DNA from: Bacteroidales bacterium
GTDB taxonomy: Bacteria; Bacteroidota; Bacteroidia; Bacteroidales; UBA7960
Assembly (NCBI GenBank): GCA_046291875.1
Contig: JBKBSF010000019.1
Coordinates: forward strand, 19,111-83,110
Direction: 5' to 3'
DNA: 64,000 bases
Position 1 is the first letter of the stretch; each line of letters opens with the position of its first letter. This document shows positions 57,075 to 64,000 of this stretch, one piece after another. The notes beneath the pieces are model-generated. The model did not search any database and had not been told where the DNA came from. It saw nothing but the letters and a program-made list of their open reading frames with translations. Both the position numbers and the translations under genes were made by a program.

Positions 57075-58448
57075 ATGACACTTCGGCAAGGCAATGTTGC
57101 ATCGCAAACAGAAAAAGAAACTCCTTCCCGTGAAACTGCAGAGCCATCAAACTCAAAAGCCTGGCTGGCCACTGCCAATATGGGGTATGGTCATTTGCGG
57201 GCGTTGTATCCTGTTCGCAGCATCTCGCCATCGGAAATCATAGAAGTGGGCGATGATGCATCTACCCCTCATACGGAGCGTAAACTATGGCGGCGCATCC
57301 TCCGATTGTACGAGTTTCTGTCGCGGGCAAAATCAATTCCGGTGATAGGCAGAAGTCTTTTCCGCTTGCTTGATTTTTTCCTGCGTATTCCATCCTTCTA
57401 TCCTTTTCGGGATCTTTCCAAAAGCACTTTCCAGGTTCGCATGTTAACTTCCAGCATCAGAAAGGGATTGTGTAAGGGTATGCTGGAGCGGATTTCCCAA
57501 AGCCCACTGCCCCTTGTTACCAGTTTTTATGCTCCGGCCATTGCTGCCGACACACAAGGACATCCGAGGGTTTTCTGTATCATTTGCGATACCGACCTCA
57601 ACCGTGTATGGGTAAGCCAAGACCCATGGGAAAGCCGGATCGAATACTTTGCCCCTACCGGTCGGGCTGCACGCCGGTTGAAAGCGTATGGTGTGCCAGA
57701 AAACCGGATACATCTCAGCGGCTTTCCACTTCCCTTAGAATTACTGGGCAACACTGATCTGGATGTTTTGAAAGCAGACCTGGGCCAGCGATTGCACTAC
57801 CTTGACCCCGCAAACAGATTTTGGCCTCTGCACGAACGCAATGTCAACTATTTTCTAGGAGAAGACAACTGCAGGTTTCTCAACCAGCGCAAACTCACCA
57901 TTACCTTCGCAGTTGGAGGTGCCGGAGCTCAAAAACATATAGGCAAAAAGATTGCTGTGAGTCTGCGTGAAAAACTCATGGCAAATCAGATCCAACTTAA
58001 CCTTGTGGCGGGCACCCGCACCGAAGTGATCGATTTTTTCCTCGATGTACAGGAAGAGATCAACAGCCAAAGTATTAAAGTGATTTTCGGGAAGGATTTT
58101 CCGGAATACTATGCAAAATTCAACCAGACACTCCGAACCACAGATATCCTGTGGAGCAAACCCAGTGAACTTTCCTTCTACTGCGCCCTGGGCATACCCA
58201 TTATTATGACACCTACTATAGGAGCACAGGAGAGGGCAAACCGTAAATGGTTGCGAGAAATACAAGCGGGATTCAAACAAGAAGATCCCCGCTACACCGA
58301 TCAGTGGTTGTTCGATCTTATCAACAAAGGCAGGCTGGCAGAAGCAGCATGGGCCGGTTTTCTGAAGGCACGCAAACGTGGCACTTTCAACATCATCGAT
58401 TTTCTGCAAGATGGCACCATAAACTCCCACAGCCAGCTCATCCGTTAA
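57075..58448 (+). CDS. divergent GT-B glycosyltransferase, UgtP/MGDG-synthase-like (GT28-like)
   Basis: 457 aa. WLATANMGYGHLRALY resembles the LTANYGNGH / TGGGH N-terminal motif of UgtP/MGDG synthases. C-half TFAVGGAGAQKHIG...ILWSKPSELSFYCALGIPIIM matches a GT-B C-domain pattern. Weaker than the next gene. Confidence 0.55.
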   Translation: MTLRQGNVASQTEKETPSRETAEPSNSKAWLATANMGYGHLRALYPVRSISPSEIIEVGDDASTPHTERKLWRRILRLYEFLSRAKSIPVIGRSLFRLLDFFLRIPSFYPFRDLSKSTFQVRMLTSSIRKGLCKGMLERISQSPLPLVTSFYAPAIAADTQGHPRVFCIICDTDLNRVWVSQDPWESRIEYFAPTGRAARRLKAYGVPENRIHLSGFPLPLELLGNTDLDVLKADLGQRLHYLDPANRFWPLHERNVNYFLGEDNCRFLNQRKLTITFAVGGAGAQKHIGKKIAVSLREKLMANQIQLNLVAGTRTEVIDFFLDVQEEINSQSIKVIFGKDFPEYYAKFNQTLRTTDILWSKPSELSFYCALGIPIIMTPTIGAQERANRKWLREIQAGFKQEDPRYTDQWLFDLINKGRLAEAAWAGFLKARKRGTFNIIDFLQDGTINSHSQLIR

Positions 58449-58509
58449 CATTTCCGATACAATAACTTAACGCAAAGGTAATTGCATCTTCAGGATCACT
58501 TAACATTGG

Positions 58510-59706
58510 ATGGGTAATATTGCAAAACTTCTACCCAAAAAGGTTATGCAGAAAAATTTCCTGTTTCTCTACCTTAAAACCGGAGGCGGACATCTTGCTC
58601 CAGCCAGGTCGGTAGCCAATTATCTCAAAGCAAAACATGGCGATAAAGTAAACCCCCTGCTTCTGGATGGATTCGAAGGAGTAAACAGGGGCATCAAAGC
58701 CCTTGTGGAGGATGGATACCGAAAATCTCAGGCCAGCGCATTATGGGTTTTCGAAACGCTCTACGCTCTGAACAAGATCCCTTTCGTTGCCAGGCTCACT
58801 GCGGCTTTATTAAGCTATTTTATCGTTGATCCACTGGAGAAGCAGATCCTGTCGGCACAACCTTCCAGGGTGGTGATTTTTCATTTTTTCCTGATACGGC
58901 CTGTAATGGCCATACTAAAAAAACACAAGCTCGATATTCCGGTAAGTGTGGTGGTTACAGACCCCTTTACGGCGCATCCCATATGGTTTCTCGACAAAAG
59001 GCCCTCTTTCATTGTCTTCTCCCAGCGAGTAAAAGACTATGCTGTAACCAGGGGAATTCTTCCTCAATCACTCTCCATCTTTCCGTTTATCCTCGACGAA
59101 AAATTTACCCGCCCCGCTGACCCTTTGCTTGGCGGAATAATAAGGCAAAATCTTGGCTTCGACCCACACAAGCGCATCATCCTGATCCTGGGTGGTGGAG
59201 ATGGTATCCCCAAAGGAAAAAAGATACTGAAAAACTTCCTGAGGAACAATGCAGGAGCAGAAGTAGCCATAGTATGCGGCAATAATCGGGAACTCTACAG
59301 CAAGGCCCTTAAACTTAAAGAAAAGCACAACTTCGATGCACTTAAGGTATACGGCTATGTAGATTTTATTTACGAACTCATCAATATTGCAGATGTGGTG
59401 GTAACCAAATGCGGCGCAAGCACTTTTATGGAGATCCTTATTTCCGGAAAGATCCCTGTGATCAACCATTACATCTGGGAGCAGGAAAAGGGGAATATGG
59501 AGTTTGTGCGCGACAACCTGCTGGGAGTTTACGAAAGCAATCCCCAACGATTGCCCGAAAAGATCAGCGAGATCATTTACAATCCTCATATCTACAACGT
59601 CTACAAATCGAATATTGAAAGCATGTCATTGCAAAACGGCACCCCCATGGTTTCTGAATTCCTCATCCATCAATCTCCTGCTTATGAACCTGCTCGTAAT
59701 TTCTGA
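58510..59706 (+). CDS. MGDG-synthase/UgtP-family glycosyltransferase (GT28)
   Basis: 398 aa. FLFLYLKTGGGHLAPARSVANYL, ILILGGGDGIPKG, and ADVVVTKCGASTFMEILISGKIPVI is a GT-B C-terminal nucleotide-sugar-binding pattern. Confidence 0.78.
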   Translation: MGNIAKLLPKKVMQKNFLFLYLKTGGGHLAPARSVANYLKAKHGDKVNPLLLDGFEGVNRGIKALVEDGYRKSQASALWVFETLYALNKIPFVARLTAALLSYFIVDPLEKQILSAQPSRVVIFHFFLIRPVMAILKKHKLDIPVSVVVTDPFTAHPIWFLDKRPSFIVFSQRVKDYAVTRGILPQSLSIFPFILDEKFTRPADPLLGGIIRQNLGFDPHKRIILILGGGDGIPKGKKILKNFLRNNAGAEVAIVCGNNRELYSKALKLKEKHNFDALKVYGYVDFIYELINIADVVVTKCGASTFMEILISGKIPVINHYIWEQEKGNMEFVRDNLLGVYESNPQRLPEKISEIIYNPHIYNVYKSNIESMSLQNGTPMVSEFLIHQSPAYEPARNF

Positions 59707-60448
59707 TCTGCACATAGGCAACAACGACCATTTCGAAACTTTCGGATGGAATGGCCACGATTTCATTAAAGCATTGCAAAAGATAATACATGAAGAACGT
59801 ATCGACAAGGTGGTGCTCAACGGCGACATCTTTGAGCTTTACAAATACAGCTTTGACGAGATTTGCAACTCCAACAAAGACCTGGTAGACTACCTGCTCA
59901 ATCAATCATCTTTCATTTATCTGAAGGGAAATCACGATGCCATTTGCCCCTTCGGCGAATCAAGCTACCAAACCACCAACAGCAAAGGCCAAAGCATCTA
60001 CATTGAGCATGGGCATAGTGCCGATTTTATGAATGGAACACAACTGGGAAGAAAAATACAGACCCTGGGGTTTAATCTTCTGCGATGGATCAGTAAAACG
60101 CCCTGGGTACTCAACATCTATTTCCGCATTGTAGAACTGGATGAAGCCATCAACAAAATTCCCAAAAAGTATCATTCCATAAAGTACCTCACCCATGCCT
60201 TGCGCCTGCTCAAAGACCACGACCTGGTAGTTTTGGGTCATACACATAAGATAGAAGCACACAAAACTTACTATCTCAACGCAAGGAAGCAATATATAAA
60301 CAGCGGATCGTGCTCCATGGGTCGCTTTCAGGGGGTTATTATCGACACCGAAACTCTGAGCTACGACACACTGAAATTCAAAAACTACAAAGAACTCCGC
60401 AAGGAATACAAACGCCCATTGATAAGAGAGCTTGCCCTCACTGCCTGA
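59684..60448 (+). CDS. calcineurin-like metallophosphoesterase, LpxH-like
   Basis: I place the start at the ATG at 59684 (MNLLVISDLHIGNND). Motifs in order are DLH, NGDIFEL, GNHD, EHGH and LGHTH. It overlaps the upstream GT gene by 23 nt, which suggests translational coupling. Confidence 0.8.
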   Translation: MNLLVISDLHIGNNDHFETFGWNGHDFIKALQKIIHEERIDKVVLNGDIFELYKYSFDEICNSNKDLVDYLLNQSSFIYLKGNHDAICPFGESSYQTTNSKGQSIYIEHGHSADFMNGTQLGRKIQTLGFNLLRWISKTPWVLNIYFRIVELDEAINKIPKKYHSIKYLTHALRLLKDHDLVVLGHTHKIEAHKTYYLNARKQYINSGSCSMGRFQGVIIDTETLSYDTLKFKNYKELRKEYKRPLIRELALTA

Positions 60449-60473
60449 CCCCCTTGCAAACCCCAGATACATG

Positions 60474-60503
60474 AAAACCCCGGTGGATGACCGCCGGGGT
60501 TTT
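60474..60503. terminator. bidirectional terminator between the phosphoesterase gene and the convergent porP/sprF gene
   Basis: AAAACCCCGG-tggatgaccg-CCGGGGTTTT. Confidence 0.7.
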
Positions 60504-60525
60504 AAATTTATATCTTTCCATCAGG

Positions 60526-61563
60526 TTACATTTGCCCATCCGGGCAAGGAATTGCCCCCTGCTTTTTGTTGGGTGGTCCCTGGTTAAACTGGTAAATAAT
60601 GGATATTTCGTGTGCACCGCCTGTAGAATTGATCATACGGCTTACAGTAAAGTCGTAGCTGTAGGCAAACCTGAGGTTGTCGGTACGCAGACCACCGGTA
60701 AGCACCAGTGCATCATTGTTCATCAACCCGTGAATCTGATTGTTAAAGATGGGTATACCTCTGTAGAGCAACCCCAGCGAGATAGGATCTTTGGACCAGT
60801 AGACCCCCAGGTCGATCTGGTTGAACCTTCCCTGGTTGCGATACATGGTGGCCACAGAAATGCTTTCCTGTATTTTGGTGGCATACGTGCTTCCATAGTA
60901 ATAGCGATAACCGGCATAAATCGATGTTTTCATTGGGATACGGCTCTCCTCGCCCGTCATGGACTGATTGGGGCGCATCATATTATCTATGGTAAACCCT
61001 CCCCACATATTGGTATTATAAACCAGCAGAGAAGACGCTGCATCAAAGTATCCGATCCTTTCGATGGGCTGGGGCACAAGGGTATGTGGTGCGATGCCAT
61101 CAAGAGAGATCTGGTCGCCAAAGATATGCCGGTGAAAATCTACGGTACGTTGTGCATACAAGAACTGCAACCCCGGACGCAGTGTCCAGCGATGATCGAT
61201 TTTAAAATTATAGCTGTAAACCAAACCCCCATGTGTGGTAGCCAATCGACCTGAGCCTGCCTGATCGCGAAACAGCAATACACCCACACCACTTTTGTAG
61301 TTATGGAAATAATGATCGAAGGAGAAAGCATAGGTTACAAAAGCCCCGGGGATTTGAGGCCACTGGTTGCGGTAGTTCATTACAATACGGCTACCATTGG
61401 TAGCTCCGGCAAAGGATGGAGCCAGATACAGAGGCGCAGCATAAAACTGCGAAAACTGCGGAGCCTGCCCTTGCACCTGCAGCACAGCACCCGATGCAAA
61501 AAACCACATCAACATGAGCGATGCCAGCTTCCTGATACCATATGTGCTCTTATTTGTTTTCAT
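60526..61563 (-). CDS. PorP/SprF-family type IX secretion system outer-membrane protein
   Basis: 345 aa with a signal peptide. QFSQFYAAPLYLAPSFAG is the characteristic PorP/SprF N-terminal motif. Beta-barrel-like alternation continues to the C-terminus. 56 nt downstream of the type-B CTD cargo gene. Confidence 0.85.
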   Translation of the reverse strand: MKTNKSTYGIRKLASLMLMWFFASGAVLQVQGQAPQFSQFYAAPLYLAPSFAGATNGSRIVMNYRNQWPQIPGAFVTYAFSFDHYFHNYKSGVGVLLFRDQAGSGRLATTHGGLVYSYNFKIDHRWTLRPGLQFLYAQRTVDFHRHIFGDQISLDGIAPHTLVPQPIERIGYFDAASSLLVYNTNMWGGFTIDNMMRPNQSMTGEESRIPMKTSIYAGYRYYYGSTYATKIQESISVATMYRNQGRFNQIDLGVYWSKDPISLGLLYRGIPIFNNQIHGLMNNDALVLTGGLRTDNLRFAYSYDFTVSRMINSTGGAHEISIIYQFNQGPPNKKQGAIPCPDGQM

Positions 61564-61619
61564 CGCAAGTTGCGGGTTTTCTGTGTAAATAATTCTTTTT
61601 GGATGACGAGGATTTTCCT

Positions 61620-64000
61620 CTATCTATATAAGGTGACATCTCCAATATCTTCTATTTTTTTACCACTGTGGCAGGTTACCCAAACCTTCCATACATAAAC
61701 TCCCATAGGCGAAAGCTCTCCTCTGTAATATCCATCCCAGCCAATATTGATATCTGTAGATCGGAACAGAAACTCACCCCATCGGTTGTAAATCTCAAGT
61801 CGGTATTCACGGACCCCGGTATGTATGGGATAGAACACGTTATTGGCCGGATCATTCACCACATATTGCCCTCCTGTAGGCCCTGTTGTATTGGGCGTAA
61901 AAGCATTGGGGAATATAATCCTGCAGTTCTCCTCTGCCATAACAGCACCTGCTTTGGTAATCTGATCAAAGCACTGTGGCTGAGTATCCGAACCAACTAT
62001 CAGTGTAATGTCGTAATTGCCCTCTCTCTCGTACTTGTGCTCAGGTTCAAATTCGTAATAAACGGTTCCATCTCCCATATGCCATTCATAATACGCAGCC
62101 AGACTGGAAAGGTTAACCATTCTTACACTTTCGTAAGGCAATTGTACCACAGGAGGGGTTACTCTGAAGTCGGCAGTGGGAGGCTCAAACACTGTAATGG
62201 TTTGGTAGGCAGAGTCTACACCGCCTTCGCCGCTTACCAGAAGTTTAACCAGGTATTCACCCGGGTCATGAAAAATATGTCTTGGGTGTTCCAGGTCAGA
62301 GAAATTGCCATCGGCAAAATCCCATAAAAAGACCTTACCATACTCGGTTTCGTTTCTAAACTGCACCTCAAGGGGAGGGCAACCTTGTGCAGATGGCTCA
62401 AACCCAACAATAGGGAATGGTGCCAGCACTTCTACCTTCTGACTGATGGTGTCGTTGCAGAAGTCATTTCCGGCAAACAATCTCACAGTATAATAGCGGG
62501 TGGCGTAATCGCCGGGCTCCCACACATAGTTATGAAATACCGGAGACTTATCAAGCTTGGCCAGCTGAGTGCCATCCCCCAGATCCCATATGTATTGCCA
62601 GTTGCCATCAGAGCTGAGGTTGTGGGCAACTACAGAGGTGTTGGGGTAGGTTTGGCTATGGGGAGTTACAAAAAGGTCGGCAACGGGTACCGGATACACT
62701 TGCACCTGTTTACTGATAGTATCCTTGCACCCAAAGGTAGAACGAGCTTCCAGCAATACATTGTAAAAACTCTCCTGTGTGCTGCCTGTATAAAATACAT
62801 TGGCCGGGTTGGAGGCAGTAGAGGCAGTGCCATCGCCAAAGCTCCAACTGTACTGATGGGCACGTTGCGATTGATTCTGAAACTGCAGATGCAGCGGATT
62901 ACAACCTGCCATTATGGAGTTATCGGCTGTAAAAAGTGCCTGCACCTCCGGAAATACTGTAATTTGCTGCTGCGATTGGCGTGTGCACCCGAAACCGTTG
63001 CTGGTAACAAGGGTAAGATCCAGCACCACTGGCTCCTCTTCCAGGTTACGGAAGGTATGGTCGAAATTGATCTGTCCGTTGGCTGAGGGAGTTCCACCAA
63101 GATTCCACTGAAAAGCACTCCCTCCTACCGAATGATTTTCGATGGTTACCTCCAAAGGAGAACAACCAAAGGTATGATTGAGTGAAAAATCAGATTTGGG
63201 TCTCGGCCACACGGTAATGGGCAAACTCCTGGATGCCTCGCAACCCCATTGCGACAGGGTGTGAAGATTCACCTGGTACACTTTGTTTTGGGTGTAGCTC
63301 TCATTGTAATAAATGTATTCAGGGTCGGAGGTATTAACAATAGTACCATCTCCCAACGACCAGGTATGCTGGAGCACCCCGAGTGAAAGATTTTCGAATT
63401 GAACCGCAAGAGGATGGCACCCTTCGGTGGTTACATTAAAATCTGCAGTAATATCAGGATATACGGTAATCTGCCTGGAAGCGGTATCGATACATCCCCG
63501 GTCATTCTCAATTTCAAGCAAAGCAGTAAATACGCCAAGACCCTGATCATGCGCCTGATGGTACTCATTTTCAGTATTCCCCCAATTCTGGATGGAGGTT
63601 TGACCATCACCAAAATTCCAACGCCAGGTGGCACTTCCTACGGAGGCATCGGCAAAAGAAACCAGCAGTGGTGAACAACCCACCACAGTATCCGGTTGAA
63701 ACTGTGCCTTGGGACGAGGATACACCAGGATATTCACCTGCGTTGAGTCTTTGCAACCAAACTCAGACTCTGCCTTAAGCTTTACAACAAAGGGCTGATC
63801 ATGGGTATGACTGAAATTGGAGAACACATAAGTATGAGTTGTACTGTCGGTAGTGGATGAATTTCCATCGCCATAATTCCACAGGAAAGGACTGGCTCCC
63901 CCCTGGGTGTTGTTGGTGAAGGTTACTTCAAGCGGATGACACCCCTCAAAGTCAGACACTGATACACTTGCCACAACCTGCGGATATACCGTCAGGCTGT
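61620..64000 (-). CDS. PKD-repeat cell-surface protein with a T9SS type-B (gliding-motility-associated) C-terminal sorting domain, partial (5' end beyond the window)
   Basis: The reading frame is open to position 64000, and the track start at 63974 is only an internal GTG. At least 8 PKD-like units are present (WNYGDG, WNFGDG, WSLGDG, WSFGDG, WDLGDG, WDFADG, WHMGDG...). The C-terminus IIFPNAFTPNTTG...FYPIHTGVREYRLEIYNRWGEFLFRS...GWDGYYRGELSPMGVYVWKV is the type-B CTD signature. Confidence 0.88.
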   Translation of the reverse strand, partial: SLTVYPQVVASVSVSDFEGCHPLEVTFTNNTQGGASPFLWNYGDGNSSTTDSTTHTYVFSNFSHTHDQPFVVKLKAESEFGCKDSTQVNILVYPRPKAQFQPDTVVGCSPLLVSFADASVGSATWRWNFGDGQTSIQNWGNTENEYHQAHDQGLGVFTALLEIENDRGCIDTASRQITVYPDITADFNVTTEGCHPLAVQFENLSLGVLQHTWSLGDGTIVNTSDPEYIYYNESYTQNKVYQVNLHTLSQWGCEASRSLPITVWPRPKSDFSLNHTFGCSPLEVTIENHSVGGSAFQWNLGGTPSANGQINFDHTFRNLEEEPVVLDLTLVTSNGFGCTRQSQQQITVFPEVQALFTADNSIMAGCNPLHLQFQNQSQRAHQYSWSFGDGTASTASNPANVFYTGSTQESFYNVLLEARSTFGCKDTISKQVQVYPVPVADLFVTPHSQTYPNTSVVAHNLSSDGNWQYIWDLGDGTQLAKLDKSPVFHNYVWEPGDYATRYYTVRLFAGNDFCNDTISQKVEVLAPFPIVGFEPSAQGCPPLEVQFRNETEYGKVFLWDFADGNFSDLEHPRHIFHDPGEYLVKLLVSGEGGVDSAYQTITVFEPPTADFRVTPPVVQLPYESVRMVNLSSLAAYYEWHMGDGTVYYEFEPEHKYEREGNYDITLIVGSDTQPQCFDQITKAGAVMAEENCRIIFPNAFTPNTTGPTGGQYVVNDPANNVFYPIHTGVREYRLEIYNRWGEFLFRSTDINIGWDGYYRGELSPMGVYVWKVWVTCHSGKKIEDIGDVTLYR

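Noticed and set aside
59504-59683. The track start at 59504 for the metallophosphoesterase ORF (314 aa), overlapping the GT gene by about 200 nt.
   Set aside because: The extension is read from the GT coding region in another frame and has no motifs. The conserved phosphoesterase N-terminus (MNLLVISDLHIG) begins at the ATG at 59684.
61620-64000. The periodic roughly 260-nt pattern in the PKD-repeat gene as a DNA tandem repeat or array.
   Set aside because: The repeats are conserved only at protein-motif level (W.[FL]GDG, GC.PL.V.F). The nucleotide units are diverged and lie within one continuous ORF, so this is not a CRISPR or satellite array.
1-64000. Window-wide look for CRISPR arrays, tRNA/rRNA genes, IS elements, integrases, phage or conjugative genes, restriction-modification or other defence genes.
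   Set aside because: No regularly spaced direct repeats, no cloverleaf-like intergenic sequence and no ORF with recombinase, nuclease, helicase or methylase motifs was seen. All intergenic gaps over 150 nt are accounted for by promoters or terminators, or are listed as findings. A tRNAscan, Infernal or defence-system HMM run is still advisable, because I scanned by eye only.

Overview
This window reads as a densely coding chromosomal segment of a Bacteroidota genome. The lineage markers are a SusC/SusD pair, an HTCS regulator, a T9SS type-B CTD cargo with a PorP/SprF partner, and TAnnTTTG-type -7 promoter boxes. I recognised no rRNA, tRNA, CRISPR array, integrase, transposase or defence-type gene. 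(1) 1-25.9 kb is a galactan/galactose island. It starts with a partial esterase, followed by a Leloir-type operon: galM, a GntR/sugar-binding regulator, an NTP-transferase-fold enzyme, a Na+/sugar symporter, galK and galE. No galT is visible. This operon converges on a beta-1,4-galactan PUL (GH53, GH2, SusC, SusD, SusE/F-like, an extra 855-aa clan GH-A-like hydrolase) with a divergent HTCS. (2) 26-45.7 kb holds housekeeping and stress genes: PadR-PspC, a fused E1 alpha/beta ketoacid dehydrogenase, a Dak2-DegV fusion, rubrerythrin, purA, a Fur-family regulator, relA/spoT-ppx-ppk1-sixA, glyA and an S9 peptidase. (3) 45.8-64 kb is the least explained, envelope-related part. It contains three small secreted or membrane proteins and a 613-aa beta-helix-like lipoprotein divergent from a SusD-less TonB-dependent receptor. 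It also contains a secreted protein with a PEP-CTERM/IPTL-CTERM-like tail, an acidic-tailed TPR protein, an AsnB-family amidotransferase operon with two GT28-like glycosyltransferases and an LpxH-like phosphoesterase, and a PKD-repeat type-B CTD protein with its PorP/SprF partner. The best candidates for undescribed biology are the PEP-CTERM-like cargo with the adjacent TPR/AsnB/GT genes, the lipoprotein-TBDR pair, the Dak2-DegV fusion, and the galT-less galactose operon. All family calls rest on motifs I read in the translations. No database search was run.
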